This document shows positions 49,451 through 62,000 of a DNA stretch of 64,000 nucleotides, piece by piece (within the stretch, counting starts at the first letter, position 1; each line of letters starts with the position of its first letter). Under the pieces are notes generated by a model, which searched no databases, was not told the DNA's origin, and worked only from the letters and a program-made list of their open reading frames with translations. Origin of the DNA: Azolla caroliniana (taxonomy: Eukaryota > Plantae > Polypodiophyta); the NCBI GenBank assembly GCA_043228905.1, contig JBHGNT010000004.1, positions 4,402,001-4,466,000 on the forward strand, written 5' to 3'. Both the position numbers and the translations under genes were made by a program.

Positions 49451-52203
49451 GCCTATGACGAAAATGCTTGCATGAAGTTGGCATTGTGGTGGATGATAAG
49501 GTTAAGTCCGATGGTCTTTGGAAATATGAGTCTTGGTTTCAACTTGCCTTTAGATATAGAGAAGTATGGGACCTACAAGATCAAATCTTCTCAATGTGGG
49601 AGAATAAGGAGGTCAAGGGTCAACGACAAAAGAAATGTAAGGTAGACCCTCAACTAGAAGTAAAGTCATAAGAGGCCAAGAAAATTGATTTGACAATTGA
49701 AGAAGCGGCTAACGACATGAAGTTGTCTCTGTGGAGAGCGATGCAAGGTATTAAGGACGAGCAACTTCTTGTGTCTATTTTGTCAAGGGTTGTGGCGAAA
49801 GATTTAAGCCTTGAAGAAATGGTCACTCAGTTCAATAAGTAAGTCTTTCAAATAGTGATATTGAATTCAATATGGTGCAATTGAAAGTTCTAATTTCACA
49901 GTCATAAGGTGTACATGAAGATCAAAGAAGTTATGATGAAACAACTTGGATGTATAACTTGGGAACAAGTGACCGAGGATTATCCTCTAACATCTTCATA
50001 TAAGGCGTTATCTGAGTATTTTATTGCATTCAAGGATTGGATTCGTATTGGTGATTTTTCATTAAGCTTTCCTCATATGTAGAGGTTGTGTAATAATACT
50101 AGATGTCTTATTGCTTCTATTAGAAACCATGTCGTGGAAAGAAACAAGGAGAAGTTAAGGATATACACGATTTCCTGACATCCTTCCTTGCACATCTCGA
50201 GAGAGCCAGGAAAGAAAAGGATTGTCGTTTAGTCAAGGCGTACGAAATTGAGGAAGATGGCTCCGTCAAAAAAATTAGCCACAAAAAGGATATTACGAGA
50301 GATCTTTACTACAACATGATTTGCGGCGATATAGTTGACATGATCCAAAAAGTGCCAAAGAAGGAATATACGCTAATGATTGTTTATATTCCATAAGGAT
50401 TTCGAATGGCAGGGTCATAATACGATGATGAACCGTTTAGGTTTAAACAGTTAGAGAAGATGGTCAAGGATTTTGCTGAGCTAATGACTGCATCCTTGTG
50501 GAGGATAGTTGTCTTTCATAGTATGGACCAAGGGTACTCGATAGCTCAAGCTTTGAGATCTCGTTGCCATGGCATCGAGAACCTTGCATGGTAAGGAATA
50601 TTTATATGTCTCATTCACTATATTGCCTTTCTTAAGATTGTTCAATCTATTCTTAACTCGATGCAATATTTGTTATACGATAAAAACCAATGTCAATAGA
50701 GGGCCAATGTTTCAATTTGTAAATGCCATTGAATACATTACGGTTGGCTACTTCGATGAAGTAAAGAAACAAAGAATCAAGGAGCATTCTAATGAAGTTG
50801 GAGGTTCAAATCTACTGGTATATCCAGTAGTGACACGGAAATTGTGACATGTCACCACGACAGAACGGGGACTTGTCAACCCATACCAAAAACCTCAACG
50901 ACTTATGATGCGCTTGATCGAGATGTTTTCTGTAGAAGGAGATTGGATATTAGACCTCTTTTCTGGCACAGGTATTCCTCAAACTAGGAACTAACGATCT
51001 TGAGATAACCAATACTGAATCTTTTTTGTTTGAAAACTAATTCTTCTTGTTACTTTCTTCACAGGGACAATGTCTGCATGTGCATTGAAGCTCTTTAGAA
51101 ACACAATTGCATTGGAGAAGGACAAGGAGCAAGTTATATTTATAAACATGAGGATTAAGGCTTTGTGGGAGTGCCCAAACTAGGACGAGGAGTTCGGTGC
51201 AAAGAACCTCACTGATACCAAAAGGTTTCAACCTGCTTCGCGAGAGCCTATTCCTCCGTTAGCCGGGGAACCGGGGGAGCTAATAGAGCTTGATGATGAG
51301 CTTATAGAAGATATTTCGTTGGCTCAGCCAACAGGGGAAGACAATGCACGTATAGTCCAAGAGACTTCTATACAGGATGAAGAAGAAAATGACATTAACG
51401 ATGTCGTGAAGAATTTCGGCCAGAGGCGAAAACCGGGAAACATTGGCTACATCGGCGGGGTGCAGCGTGTGTATGCACCCATGTACATTTAGTGTGAATA
51501 TCGAGGGCGCCTTTATGGCGCCAAAGAGTAGTCAAGTCAGGACAGACGATCCCATGTAAGTCGGGATTTGTCCCACATTGTAACGCATCCCTTTCCTTGT
51601 TCTATAAAAGGAAGGGAACGCCCTTTGTGTAAGGGTTGCCCATTTTTGCATTAGAGGGTATACCGTTAGGTTTAGAGTTAGGTTTCTTCTTCTTCTTCTT
51701 CTTCTCCTCCTTCGTGTTTTCTTAGGGTTTGCTTGGGTTCGGCCTCCTGTGCAAGACCCCGCTCGGCGCGACGAGCTGAGAGCTCCTCGACGGCGGCTTG
51801 GCAACAGACGACTATTGTAACCTACCTCAATCCGGCTCGAAGCCGGGAATGTATTCTTCTTCTATATATATATATATATATATATACGTTTGCATCTGTC
51901 TGTGTATATTGGCGTCTTTGTTGGTGTCGGGTACGTCCCCCTTTCTTGCGTTTCCTGTACATGAGGGCGTGAGCTGTGTGTGTGTGCGTGTGCGTGCGTG
52001 CGTGCGCGTGAGTCGGTGTCAAGCGCGCGCTCCCTCTCTTTCTCTCTCTCTCTTCGGTTGCTTCCGGTGTGCTTCTGGGATGCCCCGGAAACAGTGAAGT
52101 GCGACTTCCTACGCTCTGTCGCTCCCTAGTCCAAGACCCCCGTGGTCCCGCCTTTCTCCACGCACGCGTGTAACAACGCGACAACGATTTGCTTGCTATG
52201 TAA
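49451..52203 (+). pseudogene. Intron-containing beta-class DNA amino-methyltransferase (N6_N4_Mtase-like), 5' part missing
   Basis: Exons 49451-49838, 49902-50040, 50124-50590, 50679-50971, 51065-51401+52188-52203 join in frame. They give YNMICGDIVDMIQKVPKKEYTLMIVYIP*G (motif IV, DPPY-like), LAW-IKTN, VNAIEYITVG, VNPYQKPQRLMMRLIEMFSVEGDWILDLFSGTG (motif I) and TMSACALKLFRNTIALEKDKEQVIFINMRI. At least 6 stops and 2 mutated splice sites. Confidence 0.85.
51402..52183 (+). mobile_element. Solo LTR (782 bp) with 4-bp TSD ACGA
   Basis: TGTCGTG...CGCGACA inverted ends; ACGA at 51398-51401 and 52184-52187; internal tataaaag at ~51603. Removing it restores ...DINDLLAM*. Strand is inferred from the TATA only. 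Confidence 0.8.
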
Positions 52204-52687
52204 TAGACTCTTTTGTTCACGAAATGTATTGTTTGGAATTCACATTACTAATACAAATTTTGGGTTTTACTTGGTGTATTCTATTCTTTATAATCTTCTA
52301 TATGTTTCAATTTTATTTCTATATACTTGGTTAGTAGACTTATGACATTGGTTTCACCGCATGCATTGTTGACTACCAATATGGAGAAACATGAATTAGT
52401 TTAAATTAAGGCTGATTTTGGTCAAACTTTACCTTAACAAAACATGCTCGTAGAATTGTTGCCATGATTGTCCATGTTATTTGCGATCAATTGTTATTTG
52501 CCATGATTGTCATTCCGTGTCTAATATATACCATTCCATATATTATGGATCTTTGTCTTCTATTGTTAAAACTATTATGTTTCTCTTCCATTGCTGCTTA
52601 GATTGTGTAGTGTGTTGATAATGGTTCCACTAGCATTATCCGCATGTTTTTATACGCTTGTAGCTCCACTAGCTTTATCGTTCGGAG

Positions 52688-52965
52688 TTTGATCCCATGT
52701 GAATCACCTAAGGAATAGATTAGATCAGTTTTAAATACAAGTATGAAAGTCTTAATAGGTTTCTTATTTCGACCACATTATCCTAAAGTTTACTGTCTTA
52801 CATTGTCCAGAATTATATACATATGGTTTGATCCCATACGAACAAACTAAGGAATAGATTAGATTAACTTTAAATACAAGTATTAAATACCTTAATAAGT
52901 TAGTTATTCCAATCACATTATCCTAAAGTTGACTATCCTACATTGTCCACAATTATATACATGCA
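52688..52965. repeat. 139-bp direct duplication near the right end of the large transposon
   Basis: tttgatccca...taaggaatagattaga...attatatacat at 52688 and 52827. Confidence 0.8.
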
Positions 52966-53312
52966 AGTATGGGTCAAAGTATAAATTATAACTCATTTTA
53001 TTAGTATGGTTACAAGTACACCTCATATTTATGTAAAACTTACCAAATTAATATATGTCTTTAACTTAGTGTTTCCCATGTCGCACATTATTGAGATATT
53101 GAGCCATTGTTGAACTTTATTATGCCTACATTAACTTATCAACACATCCAAACTTATTTGAATTTCTAATGATCTCCACTCGTAGACCTATCATTTATTT
53201 TTATATTTGCAATTCTAATCAAGTTGTGGAACATGTGATACTAGTGCATCCAATTTTTGTAGAGAGGGTATATTTGGATATTTTCAAGAAGATTCTACAA
53301 GTGGAAAGCACA

Positions 53313-53341
53313 ATCCTTCCACTTGTGAACGCAAACGTGTT
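53313..53341 (-). repeat. Right TIR (29 bp)
   Basis: atccttccacttgtgaacgcaaacgtgtt. Confidence 0.92.
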
Positions 53342-55614
53342 GCTTACATCTTGTAGTACCCTTGGCCGGTCATGAAGGATTCGAACTACCGATATCATTG
53401 CCAGGGAGCTTGCTTCAGTCCATATAGGCTCTTCTTCATCCGGCACACCAGGTGCTCCTTACCTTTCTTCTCAAATCCTTCCGGTTGATACATGTAGATC
53501 TCTTCTTCGAGGTCGCCATGTAGGAATGTCGTTTTGACGTACATTTGCTCTACCTCGAGGTCCATGCTTGCCGCTATGCCCAATACCGTCCGGATGGATG
53601 TCATCTTTACTACCGGGGCAAAGATCTCATCGAAATCCACTCCTTTCTTCTGCTAGAACCCCTTCACTACGATCCGGGTTTTGTATCTCGGTGGGTTTCC
53701 GGCATCTCCCGGTTTCAGTTTGTACACCCACTTGTTCCAGAGTGCCCTCTTTCCTTTCAGTAACTCCGTCAGTTCATACATGTGGTTCTCATGCAGGGAA
53801 TCCATCTCGTCCTGCATGGCACTCAACCACTTACGGTCGTGGGTGTCTCTCTTTGTTTCTTCGAAGCTTTCCGGCTCCCCCTCATCGGTTAGCAACATGT
53901 GCTCTGCATCCAGAATTCTAGGGGGGTTCTTTCTCTCTAAGAGGATATCTTCGTCCTTGGTTACTAAATGTTGGTTCCTCCGTTTGTTCCTCATCCGAAT
54001 CAGAATCGGAATCTTGTCCGGTTCCGGTGTCTTCTTCTTCTTCTTTTTCAGTCGCTTCAGCATGTGACTTCGTCGTGTCCACTTTGACACACATCAGTAT
54101 GCACTAGCTCCAGTGGTGCATTCCGTCTCATCGGTGGTCATGACCGGAAGGAGGTTCAGTTTTGCTTGCTGGCAAGACAATCGGTGCACTTCTCAAGTTG
54201 CATGGCCTTCACCGGAATGAGATTGTATTCGGCAAGTCTCTTCATCCCCTTTTGGCTCATATGACAGAGTCCCTTGTGCCACAACTCGTCGGTAGTGTCG
54301 AATGCTATGTTCACTTCTTCCCGGTATATTCGGGCATTCATCAAGTGCAATGTGTTGACCTTCCGGGCTCGAGCCACTATTAGGCTCCCTTTGTTGAACG
54401 TAATGACTCCATTTTGGAAGCTACCTGTGTAGCCTTCATCATCTACCCGACCAGCTTATATCAGGTTCAGTTGATCCTCCGGAACGTGTCAAACATCCTT
54501 CACCAGCAACTTGCATCCGGTTGATGTCATCAACAACACATCTCCTATACCGACAATTCGGCATGTACCTTCATTCCCCATCCAGACACAACCATGATCT
54601 CTGGATGTGTAGGATGAGAAGCACCTCCAGTCCGGTCTCAAGTGGAACGACGCTCTGAAATCGACAACCCACATTGTCACGATTGCCGACGTTCCCTTCC
54701 GATCTGAGCCTCTCCGTTCCAAACTGTTTCGGTCCGAACTCTTCTTCGAATCGGTAGTGCCGGTTTCTTTCTCTTTCTAGAAATGTCGATAGTTTTTCTG
54801 GAAGTGCCCTGACTTCCTACAGTAGAAGCAAGTAGGCCTCCCCCTTGACTTCGACTTCGTTCCCGATTTGTCCTGGTTTTGGGGACTCCGTCACTGGCCT
54901 ATTCCCCGGTTGTGATCATCCTCCGTGACCAAGGCCTTCAGATTGGTTCCGGACTCTCGGTCTTCCGACGAGCTTCTTCATCTAGCAAGCTTGACTTGAC
55001 TCTTGCTAGGGACAACTGTTTTCCTTCCGGCCCGGCATTGCCCAACGTGACAACTACCGTCTCCCAACTATTCGGCAGGGAACCGAGCAGGAGTAATGCA
55101 AGTACCTCATTGGCAAGAGGTACTTCCAACGAGGTTGCCTGGTGAATTAGTCCTTGGAAGGCATTCATGTGCTCCACCATACTAGAGTCGTCCTGGTACC
55201 GGAGCCTCACTAGCTTCCGGAATACCGAAACCTGATTAACGACATTCTTGTTTTGGAACATGATGTTGTACAGGCTCATGTCGATGAAGCACCGGATTTA
55301 TGTCGTCGTCTTCATGTGCATCACCTCCCACACTTTGGCGTCAATCTTATCTTGGCTCTTGTCCCTGAACTGAACCGGCAACCAAAGATCTTTAACCACC
55401 AGCAGATCCCTCATCTTCGACTTCCACACTGAGTAGTTGGAGCCAGTGAGCTTGAACATCCCACCGAACGATTCTTCCATTTCCTGTGTTGTTCACTCGG
55501 ATACCAAATTATGAAGAAAAGCGCGGAATATTGCTCGGCCACAACCGAGTCTTGTATCACAAAAATGGGAAGTAGAGATTACACAGAATATTTACTGGAA
55601 TATTTACTGGAAAA

Positions 55615-58599
55615 CCGAGTCGTTGCCTCCGTGAACTCACTGTTGTACTTTCTAGCATAGTGATAGTTTGCACCCTGTGGGCTGCCGTGGTTTTTCCCTT
55701 AGTTTGGGTTTTCCACGTAAACATCCTGCATACTCATCTCTTCTCTTGTGTCGTGCATTCATTCCCGTTTTCTATGTATGATTTTAAGATCGGTTGTGGC
55801 CGAGCATTGCGCATAAGGAGCGTTGAGTTCCCGTCAGTAACCACTGGGTGGCGAAGATATAGAGCTCGAGGTCATTGCCTCCGAGGCTCTGATTGTACCT
55901 TTCTCCTATAGTGATAGTTGGAGTCTATGGGCTACCGTGGTTTTTTTCCCTATTTGGGTTTTTCACGTAAACATCCTGTGTATTTCCTTTGTGTACTCTC
56001 CACTTCCCATTTTTGTGTTTGATTCTCATTAAAGTGATTCATTACTCGGTTTAGGCCGAGCTATATTCTACGTTATTCTCGACAAACTGGTATCAGAGCG
56101 AACAACAAGGGAAATGGAAGAATCATTCGGCGGCATGTTCAAGGTCACCGGCTCCAACTACTCAGTGTGGAAGTCAAAGATGAGGGCTATGTTGGTGGTT
56201 AAAGATCTTTGGTTGTCGGTTTAGTTCGGGGACAAGAGACCGGATAAGATTGACGCCACAGTGTGGGAGGTGATGCACATGAAGACGATGGCATACATCC
56301 GGTGCTTCATCGACATGAGCCTGTACAACAACTTCAATGAAGAGAGCAAGGGTCATGAACTCTGAGAGAAGATCGACATGATGTTCAAGAACAAGAATGT
56401 TGTCAATCGGGTTTCGGTATTCCGGAAGCTAGTGAGGCTCCTGTACCAAGACGGCTCCAGTATGGCGGAGCACATGAATGCCTTCTAGGGACTGATCCAC
56501 CAGGCAACCTCGTTGGAAGTACCTCTTGCCGATGAGATACTCGCATTGCTCCTGCTCGGTTCCCTCCCGGATAGCTGGGAAACATTAGTTGTCACGTTGG
56601 GCAACGCCGGGCCGGAAGGAAAACAATTGTCCCTAGCAAGGGAAAATCAAGCTTGCAAGATGAAGAAGCTCGCCGGAAGGACCGGGAGTCCGGAACCGAT
56701 CCGAAGGCCTTGGTCACGGAACATGACCACAATCAGGGAAGAGGCCGGTATCGGAGTTCCCAAAACTGGGACAAGTCGGGGACGAGGTTGAAGTCAAGGG
56801 GGAGGCCCACTTGCTTCTACTATAGGAAGTCGGGGCACATCTAGAAGAATTGTTGTCATTTCCGGAAAGAGAAAGAAACCAGCAGCACCAATTCGAAGAG
56901 AGTTCAGACCGAAACGGTTTGGACCGGGGAGGCCCGGATCGGAAGGGAACGTCGGCGATCGCGACAAGTGAAGAAGAACTGATGCTCATTACCGAAGAGA
57001 ATGAGTTAAACCTTGTCGGCGATGAGACAAAGTGGGTTGTCGATTCCGGAGCGTCATTCGACCTGACACCGGATCAAAAATGCTTCTCATCCTACTCAAC
57101 CGGTTATCATGGTTGTGTCCAGATGGGGAATGAAGGTACATGCCGAATTATCAGCATAGGAGATGTGTTGTTGACAACATCAACCGGATGCAAATTGCTG
57201 CTGAAAGGATGTTCGGTCAACTAGATGATGAAGGCTACACGGGTAGTATCTAGAACGGAGTTATGAAGTTCAGCAAGGGAAGCTTGATAGTGGCTTAAGC
57301 CTGGAAGGTCAACACACTGTACTTGATGAATGCCCGAATATGCGTGGAAGAAGTGAACGTAGCATCCGACAGTACCGGTGAGCTGTGGCACAAAAGACTA
57401 TGTCACATGAGTGAGAAGGGGATGAAGAGGCTTGCCAAACACAACCTCATTCCGGTGAAGGACATGCAACTTGAGAAGTGCACTGATTTCTTGGACGGCA
57501 AGAAAAACCGAACCTCCTTCTGGTCAAGACCACTGGAGCTGGTGCATACCGATGTGTTTCAAGTGGACATGAAGTCACATGCCAGATCGCAGTACTTTGT
57601 GACGCTCATAGAGGACCACAGCTGGAAGCTGTGGGTCTCACCGTTGAAGACCAAGGCTCATGTACTATCCGTCTTCAAGGAACTCCACGCGAGAGTGGAA
57701 AGAGAAACGGGTCGGAAGTTGAAGGCGGTTCGAGCAGATAATTGAGGAGAATACCGGGGGCAGTTCGAGGAGTACTACCGGTCGAAGGGAATCCAACTCG
57801 AATTTACCGTGCCGAAGATGTCGGAACTAAATGGGCTGGCCGAAAGGATGAACCGGACCATAATGGAGAGAGTCCGGAGCATGCTCGCAGATGCTAAGTT
57901 ACCCAAGACGTTTTGGGCTGAGGCGCTAATGACGACGACCTACGTGATAAACATATCACCCTCAGTACCCTTGGGAGGAGACTCACCTCAGAAAGTATGG
58001 ACTGACAAAGATGTATCTTACCCGCATCTGAAGGTGTTCGGGTGTCTTGCATACGTGCATGTTGCGAAGGACAAGAGAGCAAAGCTGGATCCGAAGTCCC
58101 GACCATGCATATTCCTTGGATACGGCGACGATGAGTTCGATTATCGGGTGTGGGATCTGGTCGACAACAAGGTGTTCCGGAGTCGGGACATAGTCTTCAT
58201 GCAAGACAGGACCATTACCGACTGGGAGTCGGAGAAGATGATGATGAACTCCGGATCATCCAATGAAAACCAGCTTGAGGACACAATAATATACCCAGTT
58301 GAACACCGAATGTTAGGTGGTAACCGGATGACACTCGACGAACCGGCCTGATACAAACAAGAAACCAAACCGACTGAACAACCGGCAGTCAGAGACCGAG
58401 GACGAAGATTTTCCCCCAAAGAGAGAAGAGCACCCTAGAGCACGTGTTGCTAACCGATGAGGGGGAGCCGAAAAGCTTTGAAGAAGCAAAGAGAGACACC
58501 CACAACCGCAAGTGGTTGAGTGCCATGCAGGATGAGATGGATTCCCTGCATGAGAACCACATGTATGAACTGATGAAGTTGCCGAAAGGAAAAAGGGCA
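55615..58599 (+). mobile_element. Ty1/copia element 2 (same family as element 1, decayed), interrupted by element 3
   Basis: LTR end ..cgaca at 56084; PBS tggtatcagagc 56088-56099; gag ATG at 56114 (MEESFGGMFK); WVVDSGAS; integrase LVHTD, LNGLAERMNRT, KLDPKS; RT start WLSAMQDEMDSL. Confidence 0.9.
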
Positions 58600-58684
58600 T
58601 GTTGTAGACAAGGTCGTCTTTGCGGAAGATCAAGAAGCATTCGATTCCTGTTGAATACCTGCGTATGACAGAATCTAGGTCGTT

Positions 58685-58718
<34 letters not shown>

Positions 58719-58894
58719 ACAAAAGACTCTTTATTTCATAAAGCAAATAATACAACAACCAACAACAACTTATGAAAAGGTTACAAGGTCACTATATATA
58801 GTGACCGACTTAGGGAAACTACCCTTTATGCTAATTACAAGAATGGCCAAAACGGGATAGTGTGAATACGTCCATTATACACATGTATTCGACA
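58600..58894 (-). repeat. 3' LTR of copia 3 (295 bp)
   Basis: tgttgtagac...ttcgaca; matches 63768-64000 with one substitution (gggaaact vs gggcaact). Confidence 0.95.
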
Positions 58895-59087
58895 CTCCCC
58901 CGTAATGGGCGTATACATGGGTTATCTAAGATTACAGGTATAGACTTAGGTTCTCGGACATATCAGCTTTGTTCGAGTCGGCAGGGTCCGAAGGCAGAAG
59001 ACCGAACTGGTCGGGTCGGAACAGTTGAAGCCGATCATTAAGGAACTGATGTCGGTTGTCGGGAACCATCCTGCTCTGTGTCCGGCT

Positions 59088-62000
59088 CTAACCGGACTGG
59101 TTTGTCGTTACGCCCATCTGATGCCGAAGAGACCGAAAACGGTCTGCCGAAAGACACTTGGTCATTCCATCTGCGACATTGTCGGTTGTGGATATTTTCT
59201 CTAGACCGATTTTCCCTGAAATGATGCAGTCCCGAACGAAGTGATATCGAACGTCGATATGTTTGGAGGCGTTATGGTGAACCGGATTTTTCGACAGGGC
59301 AACAGCACCTTGACTGTCGCTGTAGACAACTGGAGCCGAGTCATGGTCGACTTGTCGAAACGTGTGCGCCAGCCGACCGAGCCACAAAGCTTCTTTTGCT
59401 GCGTCGGACGCAGCTACATATTCTGCTTCGGTCGTTGAGGTCGCTGTGCACTCCTGAAGTTTCGACTTCCACGAGATTGCTCCATTGCCGAATTTGAAGC
59501 AGTATCCGGTTGTTGATTTCCGACTGTCTATACAGCCGGCGAAGTCCGAGTCGGTGTAACCGACTACGCCTGAGGTTCGGTTCGGACCGAAAAGAATGCC
59601 GTGGTCTTTTGTGCCAGCCAGATATCTGAACACATGCTTGACTGCGTTCCAATGCGATCGGCCGGGATTGTGCATAAATCTGCTAACGACTCCTACGGCG
59701 TGAGAAATATCAGGCCGTGTCGCGACCATCAGGTACATAAGGGAGCCGACTGCCGGTGCATACGGTACCGACTTCATATCTTCCCCCTCCGGACCGGATG
59801 TCGGGCAGTCTCGCTGAGAGAGCCGAAGATTCATAGGGAGCGGGGTTGAAGCAGATTTGGCTGATTGCATGTTGAAGCGTTCTAAGACACGTCGGATATA
59901 GTCGGTCTGAGACAGAAAAAGATGTCGTTTATCGCGATGCCGACTAATCTTCATGCCGAGTATGTGTCGTGCCGGACCGAGGTCCTTCATGGCAAACTTC
60001 AACCGCAGTTGCCGAATGAGATCGGCAAGTTCGCCCGCGTGGCGTCCAGAAATTAGCATGTCGTCCACATAAATGATGAGGAAGATGGGTGATCCATCTT
60101 GAGCTGTGTTGGTGAAAAGACAATGGTCCTCATCGCTTTTTGAGAAGCCGATCGATTGGATGAAGTCGTCGAACTTCTTGTACCATTGTCGCGGTGCCTG
60201 TTTGAGGCCGTATAGACTCTTCCTGAGTCGGCAGACTAGATGTTCTTGGCCAGTCGCCACGAAGCCTTTTGGCTGCTCCATATAAATTTCCTCGTCAAGA
60301 TCACCATGGAGGAAGGCTGTTTTGACATCTAGCTGAATCAGCTCCAAGTTGTCGGCTGCCACTACGCCGAGTAGGAAACGAAGGGTTGTCATTTTCACCA
60401 CTGGTGAAAAAATCTCGTCGAAGTCGACTCCATATTCTTGTCGGAAGCCCTTCGCAACTAATCTGGCCTTGTACTTTGGGGTGGTCGAATCAGACGTCTC
60501 TTTTAGTCGATAAACCCACTTGCAAGGAAGAGCACGTCGGTTCCTAGGTAATTCGACCAGATCCCAAGTCTTGTTTGCCCGAATGGAGTGCATTTCCGAC
60601 TCCATCGCCAGATGCCAGGTGGCTGAATCGACAGATGTCGATGCTTCTTCGTAAGACGTCGGTTCGCCGGCGTCGGTGAAGAAAATTCCAGGAGAATACC
60701 TCTCCGGAGGTTGCGACAGTCTCTCGGATCGTCGAGGTATGATTGGACTGGTCGCATCGGGTATCGAGGTCGGATGGTCCGAAAGCGGATTGTTCTGCTG
60801 TGCCGAGTCGGGGTTGTCCGAGTCGGTAGTGTAAGATTCAGCTACCCGTGAAGCTGACCGTGTGTTAAGAGCGGGGCCTTCTTGAAGGGTCGGCACATCG
60901 GAAAATGTTACCCTTCGGACTTCGATCGGTTTTTCGACTGATGGATTCATAGCCGACTCGTTGAACACAACGTCCGAACTTCGGACGATTTGTCTGCGTT
61001 CGGGGTCCCAGAGTCGGTATCCCATTTCGCCGTCGGATCCATATCCGAGGAAAATGCATTTCCTGGACCGAGGTGCAAGTTTTCGGCGATCATCTTTCGG
61101 AATAAGGGCGTACGCCTCGCATCCGAAGATCCTCAGCTTGTCGTAATTCGGCTTACTGCCGATCCATAGTTCCTGAGGAATTTGAAGTCCTAGAGGTCTA
61201 CTTGGCGACATATTGATTATGTGTACTGCCGTGAGTAGAGCCTCTGCCCAGAAGCCATCCGACAGTCCGGAGTGTTGGAGCATGGAAACTGTTCGTTCTT
61301 GGATTGTCCGATTCATGCGTTCGGCAATCCCGTTTTGCTCCGGACTGTGTGGTGCCGTAAATTCACGTCGGATGCCGCGTTGTCGGCAGAATTTGACGAA
61401 TTCTTCGGATTTAAACTCTCCCCCATTGTCTGTCCGAAAGCATTTCAGCTTTCGGTCGGTTTGATTTTCTACCATAGCGAGCCAATCGGTGAAGATCGAG
61501 AAGACCCGATCTTTGGTGCGAATTGGATAAGCCCACACCTTTCGAGTCGAATCGTCAATAAAAGTGACGAAGTAAGAGGCACCGCCGAGAGACTGATGCG
61601 GCATTGGGCCACAGACGTCCGAGTGGACCAAATCGAGGGGTCTCGTTTCTCTTGGTGCTGATGTCGGGTGTGATGCGGCTGCTTGTTTGCCATACTGGCA
61701 ATGCTCGCAAAATTGATGGTCCGAGAAGGAGAGTTTGGGGATGTATCCGGCTCTAGATAGGTGCGTGATGCCGGCCTTGCTGAGGTGTCCTAATCTTCGG
61801 TGCCATAGTGATGATACAGGGATATCCACCAAAAACAGGTTACCCTCTCTGAGCGTAACATGTAACGGATACAGAGAGTGTATCTTGGGTCCTCTAGCAA
61901 GCAGGAGGTTCCCCCTGTGGAGTGTCCACCCTCCCGAAGAAAAACCGGCACGAATGCCGTCTTCATCTAGTTGTCCGACTGAGATCAATGGCCTTGTGAG

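Larger units (their letters stand above)
33053..53341. mobile_element. 20.3-kb TIR DNA transposon carrying a Sola1/DUF7869-like transposase and a DNA amino-methyltransferase
   Basis: TIRs at 33053-33081 and 53313-53341; GCT on both flanks (33050-52, 53342-44). The copia RT coding sequence resumes on either side. Confidence 0.9.
31452..55610 (-). mobile_element. Ty1/copia element 1 (decayed; RT split by the 20.3-kb DNA transposon)
   Basis: gag 55298-55480/54938-55279; protease WVVD 54489-54722; GAG-pre-integrase 54156-54377; RT 53345-53900 (..LYGLKQAP) resuming at 33049 (FVKKFDGGDF.ILLLYVDDML); RNase H to ~32100. Degenerate PBS at 55495-55506 and partial 5' LTR from ~55510. Confidence 0.88.

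Noticed and set aside
49451-51400. Bacterial contamination or a restriction-modification locus as the source of the MTase
   Set aside because: The gene has frame-preserving spliceosomal-type introns, an LTR insertion, no neighbouring endonuclease, and lies within eukaryotic TE termini.
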